From: the human T2T-CHM13v2.0 reference genome, Homo sapiens
DNA length: 64,000 nucleotides
Assembly (NCBI RefSeq): GCF_009914755.1
Contig: NC_060925.1
Reading direction: 5' to 3' (one strand)
Part shown: positions 11,953 to 30,350 of the stretch, piece by piece
How positions within the stretch are numbered: position 1 is the first letter of the stretch
Layout of the letters: every line of letters begins with the position of its first letter
Notes under the pieces: model-generated
What the model saw: the letters and a program-made list of their open reading frames with translations, nothing else
Told to the model about the DNA's origin: nothing
Databases searched by the model: none
Made by a program: the position numbers and the translations under genes

Positions 11953-13379
11953 TTATTATACTTTAAGTTTTAGGATACATGTGCACATTGTGCAGGTTAG
12001 TTACATATGTATACATGTGCCATGCTGGTGTGCTGCAACCACTAACTCGTCATCTAGCATTAGGTATATCTCCCAATTCTATCCCTCCCCCCTCCCCCCA
12101 CCCCACCACAGTCCCCAGAGTGTGATATTCCCCTTCCGTGTCCATGTGATCTCATTGTTCAATTCCCACCTATGAGTGAGAATATGCGGTGTTTGGTTTT
12201 TCGTTCTTGCGATAGTTTACTGAGAATGATGTTTTCCAATTTCATCCATGTCCCTACAAAGGACATGAACTCATCATTTTTTATGGCTGCATAGTATTCC
12301 ATGGTGTATATGTGCCACATTTTCTTAATCCAGTCTATCATTGTTGGACATTTGGGTTGGTTCCAAGTCTTTGCTATTGTGAATAATGCCACAATAAACA
12401 TACGTGTGCATGTGTCTTTATAGCAGCATGATTTATAGTCCTTTGGGTATATACCCAGTAATGGGATGGCTGGGTCAAATGGTATTTCCAGTTCTAGATC
12501 GCTGAGGAATCGCCACACTGACATCCACAATGGTTGAACTAGTTTACAGTCCCACCAACAGTGTAAAAGTGTTCCTATTTCTCCACATCCTCTCCAGCAC
12601 CTGTTGTTTCCTGACTTTTTAATGATTGCCATTCTAACTGGTGTGAGATGGTATCTCATTGTGGTTTTGATTTGCATTTCTCTGATGGCCAGTGATGATG
12701 AGCATTTTTTCATGTGTTTTTTGGCTGCATAAATGTCTTCTTTTGAGAAGTGTCTGTTCATGTCCTTCACCCACTTTTTGATGGGGTTGTTTGTTTTTTT
12801 CTTGTAAATTTGTTTGAGTTCATTGTAGATTCTGGATATTAGCCCTTTGTCAGATGAGTAGGTTGCGAAAATTTTCTCCCATTTTGTAGGTTGCCTGTTC
12901 ACTCTGATGGTAGTTTCTTTTGCTGTGCAGAAGCTCTTTAGTTTAATTAGATCCCATTTGTCAATTTTGTCTTTTGTTGCCGTTGCTTTTGGTGTTTTAG
13001 ACATGAAGTCCTTGCCTATGCCTATGTCCTGAATGGTAATGCCTAGGTTTTCTTCTAGGGTTTTTATGGTTTTAGGTCTAATGTTTAAGTCTTTAATCCA
13101 TCTTGAATTGATTTTTGTATAAGGTGTGAGGAAGGGATCCAGTTTCAGCTTTCTACATATGGCTAGCCAGTTTTCCCAGCACCATTTATTAAATAGGGAA
13201 TCCTTTCCCCATTGCTTGTTTTTGTCAGGTTTGTCAAAGATCAGATAGTTGTAGATATGCGGCGTTATTTCTGAGGGCTCTGTTCTGTTCCATTGATCTA
13301 TATCTCTGTTTTGGTACCAGTACCATGCTGTTTTGGTTACTGTAGCCTTGTAGTATAGTTTGAAGTCAGGTAGTGTGAT
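11953..13379 (-). mobile_element. 5'-truncated L1PA2/3-like element
   Basis: Open ORF2 C-terminal ~400 aa; GAG diagnostic; TSD aaagtacccttttttt at 11937-11952 and 13380-13395. Confidence 0.95.
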
Positions 13380-13906
13380 AAAGTACCCTTTTTTTAAATT
13401 GTCCATTAAATTAACGACAAACAGGTTTTTATGTGAACACCCAATAAAAAGTAAGGATGTAATGTAACGAATATTGTTGTATATTGAAGGTACTATTGTA
13501 AATTGGCAAAATCTCTTATGAAAAACAATTATGCAATGTGTGTGGACAATAATACAAATATTCTGCCAGTTAGCCTCCTAGAACTGCAACCTAAGAAAAT
13601 AGTGTAAAATATAAAATAGTTTATGCATTTTATTAAGGGTTTCATGAGAAAGAAAACTAGAAATAAATGCACAATAGAAGTCATTGAATATACTATGATG
13701 CATCTACTAGATTATATTAGTTTGCCTTTGTTGTAACTTATATTTCTAGTATATAAATATGTGAAAACATACCAGAAGAGAATGTATCAAAACACATTTT
13801 GGGTACTAGGATTTGGGGTGATATTTTTCTTTAGTTCTGTATTATAAGTTTTCTTCTGTAATTGTATTACTTTTACGAGAAAAATATTAATTTTTAAAGT
13901 CTTCTT

Positions 13907-14189
13907 GGCAGTGGCTCGCGCCTGTATTCCCAGCACTTTGGGAGGCTGAGGCGGGCAGATCACGAGGTCAGGAGATTGAGACCATCCTGGCCAACATGGT
14001 GAAACCCCGTCTCTACTAAAAACACAAAAATTAGCTGGGTGTGGTAGCACGTGCCTGTTTTCCCAGCTACACAGGAGGCTGAGGCACGAGAATCCCTTGA
14101 ACCCAGGAGGCAGAGGTCGCAGTGAGGTTGCACCACTGCACTCCAGCCTGGCGACAGAGTGAGACTTTGTCAAAAAAAAAAAAAAAAAA
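13907..14189 (+). mobile_element. Alu (AluSc-like)
   Basis: Alu body, poly-A tail, tcttct repeated on both flanks. Confidence 0.9.
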
Positions 14190-14367
14190 TCTTCTCTGAG
14201 TGCAGAAGGTAAAATGAGAGTATATGAGTGAAATCAATGGCTTTTTATAAAAAATATTAGTCTGAGTCCTGAATAAAAATCAGGATAAATTGTCACTGGC
14301 TGAGAAGTCCTGTTCAATCATGTTGCATGCCAGAGTGATGTTTTTGTGACTTTTGTCTTCCTTTTAG

Positions 14368-14435
14368 GTTCACATGATGCTCTTATAGTTGGTAAGTTTT
14401 ATGAAGTGTTTGCTGAGGAATTCTGTCATCTTTAA
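14368..14435 (+). CDS. CR1L: CR1L terminal coding exon (24-nt juxtamembrane exon read through its donor to TAA)
   Basis: cttttAG acceptor; (G)SHDALIVG then GTAAGT donor at 14392; read-through gives KFYEVFAEEFCHL*, the recalled CR1L C-terminus. Confidence 0.88.
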
Positions 14436-15382
14436 CAGTAAGTACCTACTTATAATGAATGCAATGTAGAAAGAGAGATCAAAATATCTTGAGTTATAAA
14501 TTCAAATAGAAAGAAAATTATGATGAGTTTAGGCCAGGATATGGTGAAACTGGCATCGTCATATGCCAGGTTATTGAGTAACCTTCCTCAAAAGTTCTTT
14601 ACTATCTTTGAACCACTACAAATGCATAATCGTTCAACAGTGTCAAAAAGTATTTATTTGAATGTGGTGGGAGAATGAAACTTCTTCTTTGGGTTATAAC
14701 CTGGAGTATGCTTCCAGATGGTGATTGTGCCCATTTGTACAAATAGAAAGCTACAAGACCAGTCTTCCGAGCCCATGTCTGTGATCTGCCTATGTAAGAA
14801 GAATAGTTTTGTAATAGAGTTTGCTTCCAAGGGAATCTCTATGGCATAGTATTCTTACATCCCTTTTTATACATCTGGACACTGAGACACGGAGGGTTTA
14901 GGTAACTTGCCCAAGACCACAGAATGGGGTAGCCTGGGTCTAAGCAGGCAATCTACCTATCAGTGGAGACTGTGCACTTTAACAATCAATAAATGGACAA
15001 AAGGACGTAAATATATAATTCAACAAGAGAGAAAATTCCAGTATTGTCACAGTGAAATGCCTGTGTGTTAAGCCTTAGGCGAGAGACATGGGCAGGGCCA
15101 TGGAGAGCCAGTGGCCAGCTGTCCCATCGCACTTCTCACTTACTTGTGGAAAGGCTGATGGTGGACTAAAGGTTACAAAAGAGGTCAGCTCACCCCTTAA
15201 CTATAATAACCCTGTGGGAGTGAGACTAATGCTATAGAAACCCAGAGTAAAGCAGAATGTATAGTTACATCTTTTAAAAAAAAAAGCATTGGCAATCTGT
15301 AGTGGGACTGGATACTAAGATAGAATTTAAAACCTGTGAGTTATATTTTCCACGCATTTAATTACCTTGTTTTACTGCCTAG

Positions 15383-15458
15383 GCACTTTACTTGGTACGA
15401 TCATCTTTATTTTAATCATCATTTTCCTCTATTGGATAATTTTCAAGCACAGAAAAAG
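15383..15458 (+). CDS. CR1L: CR1-like transmembrane exon (intact, putative CR1L alternative exon)
   Basis: ttttactgcctAG acceptor, AG|GTAAGT donor; 76 nt; GTLLGTIIFILIIIFLYWIIFKHRK, homologous to the CR1 TM; expression not shown. Confidence 0.75.
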
Positions 15459-15688
15459 GTAAGTATAGCCATATTATCCCAAGAAATGTAAACTGTACTT
15501 ACCCCCTCTTGGAAGTCAAAAGAAAGTAAAAGACAAACAAACCCATTGCTACATAAACAGATGTGGTAATTCTTATAAAGAAGGTCCTTGACACACAGTA
15601 TAGACAAAGAGGTATTCACACTAAAGGAAGTATATAGGATACTAAGAACAATTAAAAAATAATAATAATAACAAAAAACCAGCATTTT

Positions 15689-16007
15689 GGCCAGGTACAG
15701 TGACTCATGCCTGTAAATTCAGCACTTTGGGAGGCCAAGGTGGGCAGATTACTAGAGGCCAGGAGTTCGAGACCAGCCTGGGCAACATGGTAAAACCCCG
15801 TCTCTACTAAACATACAAAAAATTAGCCGGGCGAGGTGGCACACGCCTGTAATGTCAGCTGCTTGGGAGGCTGAAGCACAAGAATTGCTTGAACCCAGGA
15901 GGCAGAGGTTGTAGTAAGCTGAGATTGAGCTGTTGCACTCCAGCCTGGGCGACAGAGTGAGACTACATCTCAAAACACACACACACACGCACACACACAC
16001 AAACACA
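15689..16007 (+). mobile_element. Alu with (CA)n tail
   Basis: Alu body, agcatttt TSD. Confidence 0.92.
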
Positions 16008-16266
16008 TAGCATTTTAAGCAAGAATTGAGTTTTACAGAAAGAGAAAGTAGGCAGAAGGGGTTTTTAAAAAGTTGTTCATGAGGCTGTTTGATATCCTAG
16101 TTTTGCTAAGACATTGCAGATACTGACCTCTAAGCCCAGATCCTATCATAGCACTAGAAGTTAGATTGGGTCACTTATGGCACACATAGGCTGCCAGTGG
16201 GGAAGAACTGAGACTTTCCATTGGGTATTTTAATATATGAACAAATATTTTGTAATTACAATTAAC

Positions 16267-16578
<312 letters not shown>

Positions 16579-16752
16579 TGAAAAAAAATTCCAAAAATTA
16601 AGATCTGAGTAAAGAAATGTCTTTGACAGGGAAGAGAACATACGCAGCTTTTGTACTGGTTGACTGAAATATAACAACATCAATGAGGCCAGAATCAATA
16701 ATATCAATGTTATAAGGTTGATGAGCAAATTCTATATCCATAAAAAACTGAG

Positions 16753-17067
<315 letters not shown>

Positions 17068-17454
17068 TTAAGTGAACAGTTTTCTACAGGAAATATTCTA
17101 AACAAGTACAGTTTCCTACAATGAGCTTTACAGCAATCGAAGTTTTCGTATTTCACAGAGATTTCAATACACTTTTTAAAAAGTAGTTTGTCATAGTAGA
17201 TCTTGCTGTAAACAACCTAGTCAGGAACTCAATTTCATGGGAAAATAGTGAATTGGTTGACATTTAAATTTAAATCATTATCCTTCCTAACTAATGTTCT
17301 CTATATCGTATGGCTTGACATATAGATGTTCTTTGCTCTTTTCTATTACAAAAAGAAAAGATAAGTAGCTGGGCACTTTACCTTAACAAAGTACTTGTGT
17401 CAATACATTTTTCTCTTAAAGTTTCTTGTTAGGTACCACTATAATTTGTGAGTT

Positions 17455-17752
<298 letters not shown>

Positions 17753-18427
17753 ATGACTTAATTTTTTTTTTTTAATTTACTAAGTCTGAATTAAAGAAGT
17801 TGGGGCTTCTAATTTTCTGTATCTATACCAGTCTCTAGTTGAAACTACACAAGGGAAATGATTATCTCTTCCTTTTGAAAATATTCAAGATACTTTAATA
17901 TGTTGAAGATATTTGAGTATCTCCACCCTTCTAACTATGTCATTCTTCATTCCTTATGGCACATTCCTTGTTAATCAACTAGAGGGTCAGATTCCCAAGC
18001 CTAACTATTGATTTGTTTCACCTACATAATTTAAGATCATTTCCTCATATTAATCATCTTCAGGCATAAACATGACTCAATAACCATTTCATAAAATTAT
18101 TTCTTTAGAAATGATTATCTTGTATAGTTTAAGCAACCTCAGAGCATATACCATTTCTTCACATTTTCCATCTCGTAAAACCTGCCTACTTTTTCATATT
18201 CTTTTAAAGTGTAATGTCCATGGCACAACCATTCTCTCTCTGACCAGTGGCTACCAGAAATGTGGCAGAAAGAAAGATCATGATCCTCGTTAGACTTAAA
18301 GGTCAGGGAGGTAAACCTCCCAAACATCTATGTAACCCACACTAAAACCTATTCTATATGTGTAATCCAGGAAAATTTTTAAACATTTTCTAAACTTTTA
18401 TTTTTGACCTGTTTCACTTCTTGGGAT

Positions 18428-19179
18428 TGTAACTGTCTGACGTGTTCTTCCTGCCTGTCATACAGACAAAACCAATTCCCTGAGATCATGGTATATTGCA
18501 GTAAAGAAAGAGATGAATTAACACAAGGCCAGTCACGTGGAAGAACTGGAGTTATCACTCAACTCAGTCTCCCCAAGAACACAGGGGCTAGGGTTTTTAT
18601 AGATCATTTGGTAGGAAGGGAGCTAGGGAATGGGTACTACTGATTGGTTGGGGATGGGGGTGTGGGAAATGTTCCTCATGTGCTGTGTCCACCTCTGGTT
18701 GGGGGCCACAGGACCAGTTGAGTCATGAGTCACAGGTCCAGGTAGAGTCAGTCAGTTGCCAAATGCAAAAATCTGAAAAACATCTCAGAAGACCAATCTT
18801 ACATTCTACAATAGTGATGTTACCTATAGGAGCAATTAGGGAAGTCACAAATCTTGTGACCTCTGGCCACCTGACTCCTGAGCAGTAATGAATTATAAGA
18901 ACTATGCCTATATTTTAGCAGAGTTCAGGTCCCTCTCCTAATCCTAATCTTTTGGCCTTTCATTAACTTTCAGGCCCTGAGCAAGGAGGGAGCTAGTTTT
19001 AGGAAGAGACTGTTATTATCCTTGCTCCAAAGTTAAATTATAAACTAAATTCCTTTCATGGTTAGCTTGGCCTACACCCAGGAATGAGCAAAGCCGGCCC
19101 ACCTGTGAGGCTGGAAGCAAGATGAAGTCAGTCACGTTAGATTTCTTTCACTCTCAGAATCTTTGCAAAGGTGGTTTCA
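18428..19179 (-). mobile_element. LTR8-family solo LTR (ERV1)
   Basis: Minus strand starts tgaaaccacctttgcaaa; TG...CA ends; 4-bp TSD GGAT at 18424-18427 and 19180-19183. Confidence 0.85.
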
Positions 19180-19718
19180 GGATAGTGAGTGCATTTCTCT
19201 AACAAAACACCATTGATTTTCATGTTAGAAATAACATATAGCTAAAATTGGAAAAAAGAAGTAATAAACTTAAATAATCAGAAGGCAGAGGTCCCTTCTT
19301 TTGGAAGGAGTTGGGCTAATTAATCATGCAGTCATACCTCCTTGAGTGGGTGTGGCCAATAAGCTAAGTCATTGTGGCTATGTGAGGAGGGCCAATTATT
19401 CCTTATCTGGAGCTCAAGCTTTCCTCACAGAAAGAGAAGGGCATAAAGGGCCTCATGGCAAAGAAGAAGGAAGTCATGTGGGAAACACAGAATATGAGTG
19501 GAGAGTATCGTAGTGGTCATCAAGTAAGAAGAGCCGTTTATCCTGGAGCTAAAAAAGACTGACAGATATAGAATAGTGTAGAACAAGATGGCCTGCTCTA
19601 TGGGAGAGCCGCAATCACACCAGGACTAGACAGTAGCAGGCTGATGTATATCTCAAACACTGGAGACAATTCAGAAACTGCATAAACAGTCTGAAGACTT
19701 ACTAAGAAACTAAAATGA

Positions 19719-20043
19719 GGCTGGGCGCGGTGGCTCAGGCCTGTAATCCCTGCATTTAGGGAGGCCTAGGCGGGTGGACCACCTGAGGTCCGGAGTTGGA
19801 GACCAGCCTGGACTACATGATAAAACCCCATCTCTACTAAAAATACAAAAAATTAGCCAGGCATGGTGGCGGGCACATGTAATCCCAGCTCCTCAGGAGG
19901 CTGAGGCAGGAGAATCACATGAACCAGGGAGGCGGGGTTGCAGTGAGCCAAGATCGTGCCACTGCATTCCAGCCTGGACAACAAAAGCAAAATTCCCTCT
20001 CAAAAAAAAAAAAAAAAAAAAAAAAAGAAAGAAAGAAAGAAAA
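19719..20043 (+). mobile_element. Alu (AluSp/Sx-like)
   Basis: Alu body, A/GAAA tail, aagaaactaaaat TSD. Confidence 0.92.
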
Positions 20044-20524
20044 AAGAAACTAAAATAAGACAGAAATAGAAGTAATTCACACACAGAAATCATCTCACCT
20101 TCTTTAAAATGCTCCTCAAGGAGGCCTACTTTAACGATCCTAGTAAAGATGGTATGACTCGTATGACCCCCACCCCCACATTCCCAATCTTTCTTATCCT
20201 GCTTTATTTTTTTGTATACTTATCGTTTATTATAATTAATTAAATAATTAAGTTTCTTGTTTATTGTCTCTCTCCCTCCATGAAGTCGGGGATTTTTGTC
20301 CTGTCTTCACCAATGGATACATAACAAATCTAAACTGTCCCCGGAACAAAGAGAGTCTCAATAAATACTTATCAAATGAATGAGTGAGCTAAACACTACT
20401 AAGAGTGTTACCACAAGGGGAAATTTCTGCTCTAATTAATTCTCTACCAAGTTAAACAGTGCATCTTTAACTTGTCCTAAGCTTACTCCAGGTTTCAAGG
20501 CTGCTCCTTGTACTAATATACCAA

Positions 20525-21015
20525 CTGTCTCAGTCTGTTGGTATAGATACTTGGGCAGTTATAACAGAAACTCCATAGACTGGGTGGATTCAATAAGCAT
20601 TTAAGCTGGGTGCAGTGGTACTCACCTATAGTCCCAGCTACTCGGGAGGCTGAGGGAGGAGTACTGCTTGAGCCCATGAGTATAAGGCCAGCCTGGGCAA
20701 TATGGCAAGACCCCGTCCCTAAAAAACATTATTTCATTTCTAAAAACCAAGCATTTATTTCTCATAGTTCTGGTGGGTAGAGCGTCCAAGATCAAGGCAA
20801 CTGCAAATTCAGTGTGTGGTGGGACTCACTTTCTAGTTAATAGACTTCAATCTTTTCTTTGTGTCCTCACCTCAGAGAAAAGCAGTGAGGGAGCTCTTGC
20901 GGGTCTCTTTTCTAAGGGAACTAGTCCCATTCACAAGGGGTCTTTGAGAAGTAATTAGATACTATAAATTTTCAACATATAAATTTGGAAGGATTCAAAC
21001 ATTCAGTCCATTGTA
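20525..21015. mobile_element. MaLR (MLT1-like) LTR with an Alu monomer inserted at about 20605-20727
   Basis: atttatttctcatagttctgg...tccaagatcaagg...tttcaacatataaattt...aaacattcagtccat. Confidence 0.7.
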
Positions 21016-21358
21016 CAAACACTGAATTTGATAAGCACATCTGCTTAAATGATATCACATGTGTTGATTTCATGTGCTTTTCCACCTTTGTTTCTAAATT
21101 CCGTTAACCCATCTCTGAATTCATTCAACCAAGACTCTCTCCCAGACAACTCTAGTCCAAAATAATGTCTGTCTTTGAAACTCACATTTCCTGACTATAC
21201 TATTTTAAAAATAAACTGGGAGGAGCCAAGATGGCCGAATAGGAACAGCTCCAGTCTACAGCTCCCAGCGTGAGCGACGCAGAAGACGGGTGATTTCTGC
21301 ATTTCCATCTGAGGTACCAGGTTCATCCCACTAGGGAGTGCCAGACAGTGGGCGCAGG

Positions 21359-21667
21359 TCAGTGGGTGCGCGCACCGTGCACGAGCCGAAGCAGGGTGAG
21401 GCATTGCCTCACTCGGGAAGTGCAAGGGGTCAGGGAGTTCCCTTTCCTAGTCAAAGAAAGGGGTGACGGATGGCACCTGGAAAGTCGAGTCACTCCCACC
21501 CGAATACTGCGCTTTTCCGACGGGCTTAAAAAACGGCGCACCACGAGATTATATCCCACACCTGGCTCGGAGGGTCCTACGCCCACGGAGTCTCGCTGAT
21601 TGCTAGCACAGCAGTCTGAGATCAAACTGCAAGGCGGCAGCAAGGCTGGGGGAGGGGCGCCCGCCAT
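21359..21667 (-). CDS. L1 ORF0-like antisense ORF (102 aa, extended)
   Basis: MAGAPPPALLPPCSLISDCCASNQRDSVGVGPSEPG... matches the primate L1 ORF0 N-terminus. Confidence 0.6.
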   Translation of the reverse strand: MAGAPPPALLPPCSLISDCCASNQRDSVGVGPSEPGVGYNLVVRRFLSPSEKRSIRVGVTRLSRCHPSPLSLTRKGNSLTPCTSRVRQCLTLLRLVHGARTH

Positions 21668-22122
21668 TGCCCAGGCTTGCTTAGGTAAACAAAGCAGCCA
21701 GGAAGCTCGAACTGGGTGGAGCCCACCACAGCTCAAGGAGGCCTGCATGCCTCTGTAGGCTCCACTTCTGGGGGCAGGGCACAGACAAACAAAAAGACAG
21801 CAGTAACCTCTGCAGACTTAAATGTCCCTGTCTGACAGTTTTGAAGAGAGCAGTGGTTCTCCCAGTACGCAGCTGGACATCTGAGAAGGGGCAGACTGCC
21901 TCCTCAAGTGGGTGCCTGACCCCTGACCCCCGAGCAGCCTAACTGGGAGGCACCCCCCAACAGGGGCACACTGACACCTCACACTGCAGGGTACTCCAAC
22001 AGACCTGCAGCTGAGCGTCCTGTCTGTTAGAAGGAAAACTAACAAACAGAAAGGACATCCACACCAAAAACCCATCTGTACATCACCATCATCAAAGACC
22101 AAAAGTAGAGAAAACCACAAAG

Positions 22123-23138
22123 ATGGGGAAAAAACAGAACAGAAAAACTGGAAACTCTAAAAAGCAGAGCGCCTCTCCTCCTCCAAAGGAACGCAGTTCC
22201 TCACCAGCAATGGAACAAAGCTGGACAGAGAATGACTTTGATGAGCTGAGAGAAGAAGGCTTCAGACGATCAAATTACTCTGAGCTACGGGAGGACATTC
22301 AAACCAAAGGCAAAGAAGTTGAAAACTTTGAAAAAAATTTAGAAGAATGTATAACTAGAGTAACCAATACAGAGAAGTGCTTAAAGGAGCTGATGGAGCT
22401 GAAAACCAAGGCTCAAGAACTACGTGAAGAATGCAGAAGCCTCAGGAGCCGATGCGATCTACTGGAAGAAAGGGTATCAGCAATGGAAGATGAAATGAAT
22501 GAAATGAAGCGAGAAGGGAAGTTTAGAGAAAAAAGAATAAAAAGAAACGAACAAAGCCTCCAAGAAATATGGGACTATGTGAAAAGACCAAATCTATGTC
22601 TGATTGGTGTACCTGAAAGTGATGGGGAGAATGGAACCAAGTTGGAAAACACTCTGCAGGATATTATCCAGGAGAACATCCCCAACCTAGCAAGGCAGGC
22701 CAACGTTCAGATTCAGGAAATACAGAGAACGCCACAAAGATACTCCTCGAGAAGAGCAACTCCAAGACACATAATTGTCAGATTCACCAAAGTTGAAATG
22801 AAGGAAAAAATGTTAAGGGCAGCCAGAGAAAAGGTCGGGTTACCCTCAAAGGGAAGCCCATCAGACTAACAGCGGATCTCTCGGCAGAAACCCTACAAGC
22901 CAGGAGAGAGTGGGGGCCAATATTCAACATTCTTAAAGAAAAGAATTTTCAACCCAGAATTGCATATCCAGCCAAACTAAGCTTCATAAGTGAAGGAGAA
23001 ATAAAATACTTTACAGACAAGCAAATGCTGAGAGATTTTGGCACCACCAGGCCTGCCTTAAAAGAGCTCCCGAAGGAAGCGCTAAACATGGAAAGGAACA
23101 ACCGGTACCAGCCACTGCAAAATCATGCCAAAATGTAA
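22123..23138 (+). pseudogene. L1 ORF1p, frameshifted near 22830
   Basis: MGKKQNRKTGNSK...; frame lost after AAREK. Confidence 0.93.
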
Positions 23139-23186
23139 AGACCATCGAGACTAGGAAGAAACTGCATCAACTAACGAGCAAAATAA

Positions 23187-27106
<3,920 letters not shown>

Positions 27107-27789
27107 TAGCACTGGGAGATATACCTAATGCTAGATGACGAGTTAGTGGTTGCAGCGCACCAGCATGGCACATGTATACATATGTAACTAACCTGCACAA
27201 TGTGCACATGTACCCTAAAACTTAAAGTATAATAATAAAAGAAAAAAAACTTAAAAAAAATAAAAAAATAAAAATAAACTAATTTATTTTAAGAGTAATA
27301 TCTCATCATTATTAAAAATAAGAAATAGGGGAAAATATAAATGAATGTAAAAATTACCTGCAATAATCTCTACCTAGTATTATTCTTAAGCTTCTTTGCA
27401 TATTATTTTATATTTGCATGTACACTTTGAGATTATATTGATTGTTCAATATTGAATCCTGCTTTTTTTTCACCAAATGACAAACATTTCACCCATCATG
27501 ATAACAGTATATATCCACTTGACATTTCATGTGTTTTTTTTGTTGCCTGTTAACTGTATTGCATTCATTTCCTTGCTTATTTACTCTTAAAATATTCTTA
27601 GCCACTTACAGTGTACCATACATTGTGCTTATGTGTGTTTTCTTTCCCATATTAAATTACCTTCTGATGAGGAGACATTTTTTCAAAAATATATTCTATA
27701 TCAGTTTTTACTTTCTCTAGGGAGAGAAATTAATTTAAAAAAAAACTCCCCAAATCTCTGAATATAATCAAATGAGAAATATTCAGTAA

Positions 27790-28274
<485 letters not shown>

Positions 28275-29146
28275 TCAACTTTCCCTTTTAAGATTGGAAT
28301 TTTGACCACAGTCTTCCATGGGAACAAAGTGAATCATCTGTGGCAAAATATGCTAGTCAAGAAGTGAGTTAGAATCTGTGCCAAGCGTTAAGACCTTGTG
28401 CACCCAGGTTCTGGGGCAGAGTGAAGAGGCAGGCTCCAAAGACATAGCTGTGTGTTGGACATGAGAGTGTTTGGAGGAATACAGGTAACAGGTGATGCTG
28501 GGAAGTCTTGTGAAATGGAAGGAGAACGAAGATGAGGAATCTGGTGGCCGTAATAACCGGGGAACAGATGAGCTGGAGGCCTCATCAGGAGGGGTGTCCC
28601 TTGGTGGAAGGACACCATTCCCGGCCTTAAAAGGAGAGGCTCCAGCACGGCTGGGGAAGCATGTGGATACCTTGTAATAAATCCACTGTCGTAGCTCATT
28701 CTTGATTGTAATTAAAAGAGGAGGACATGCTTTCTGAAGCTGACTCCCTCCAAGATGACCAGTTCCTATTTCTGTCCCCTGCTACAACTGTGGTTTAGAG
28801 CAAGAGACTCAAAAAAATTTCTTCTGTTATGAGTGACCTGTACGTTTTCTAGAATGGAATGAGGCTCTTTATTTAGTAGCTCAACTCTGAGAACACTTTT
28901 TCTTTGGACAAAATTAAAAAAGGAAAAGGTCAAGTTAATCATTAATCTCTCTCTTATCTACTGATGTCTCCATTTACGCCATATTTTCTATGTCCTACAT
29001 AGCAGTCATCACAGAGGGCAATAAACACTTCTAATGACCTTGTAATTTATATGGAATGCTAGCATCATGATTATCAGCTTGTAAATTCTGGGTAATTCAA
29101 TTGTGGACCATGCTGTTAATTAAATGAAAACATCCTGTTATTTTAG

Positions 29147-30350
29147 GGACCTTCCTTGACAAAGTACTATACAGCTGAAGAACATCTCGAATACAATTTT
29201 GGTTGGAAAGGAGCCAATTGATTTCAACAGAATCAGATCTGAGCTTCATAAAGTCTTTGAAGTGACTTCACAGAGACGCAGACATGTGCACTTGAAGATG
29301 CTGCCCCTTCCCCGGTACCTAGCAAAGCTCCTCCCTCTTTGTGTGCGTCACTGTGAAACCCCCACCCTTCTGCCTTGTGCTAAACGTACACAGTATCTAG
29401 TCAGGGGAAAAGACTGCATTTAGGAGATAGAAAATAGTTTGGATTACTTAAAGGAATAAGGTGTTGCCTGGAATTTCTGGTTTGTAAGGTGGTCATTGTT
29501 CTTTTTTAAAATATTTGTAATATGGAATGGGCTCAGTAAGGAGAGCTTGGAAAATGCAGAAAGTTATGAAAAATAAGTCACTTATAATTATGCTACCACT
29601 GATAACCACTCCTAATATTTTGATTCATTTTCTGCCTATCTTCTTTCACATATGTGTTTTTTCACATACGTACTTTTCCCCCCTTAGTTTCCTTTTATTT
29701 TATAGAGCAGAACCCTAGTCTTTTAAAGAGTTTAGAGTGAAATATATACTATATCAGTTTTTACTTTCTCTAGGGAGAAAAATTAATTTACTAGAAAGGC
29801 ATGAAATGATCATGGGAAGAGCGGTTAAGACTACTCAAGAGAAATATTTGGAAAATAAGCTTTCAATATTTTCTTTCTTTCTTTCTGTTTGAGACGGATT
29901 CTTGCTCGGTCGCCCAGGCTGGAGTGCAGTGGCATGATCTCGGCAACCTCCACCTCCCGGGTTCAGGTGATTCTCCTGCCTCAGCCTCCCAAGTAGCTGG
30001 AACTACAGGCACCCGCCACCATGCCCAGCTAACTTTTTGCATTTTTAGTAGAGATGGGGTTTCACCATATTAGCCAGTATGGTCTCAATCTCCTGACCTC
30101 ATGATCCGCCCGCGTCAGCCTCCCAAAGTGCTGGGATTACAGGCGTGAGCCACCGTGCCTGGCCAGCTTTGGATATTTTCTAAGCTTTATTTCAAAAGCT
30201 CTCTGTGCTATGTTCTCTATAAAAAACATAATGAAATTTGAAATGATTGTTATTATAAAAGTAAGTAGCTTTTTATGAATTCAGAATATACGAACTTTTA
30301 AAAGCACTTTTAAAATATTTATCAAAATAATAAACATGTTCTGACATTTT
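29147..30350 (+). other. CR1L: CR1-like terminal exon (G GAC CTT CCT TGA, stop 29157-29159) and 3'UTR
   Basis: ttattttAG acceptor; cttccttgacaaagtactatacagctgaagaacatctcg matches the recalled CR1 last exon (RVLP*); AATAAA at 30329 and 31024; 3' end approximate. Confidence 0.75.
29866..30164 (-). mobile_element. Alu (AluSc-like) in the CR1-like 3'UTR
   Basis: Alu reverse complement. Confidence 0.9.

Noticed and set aside
12159-13406. 415-aa ORF as a domesticated gene
   Set aside because: Open simply because the L1 is young; the ATG comes from flank by chance, with no promoter evidence
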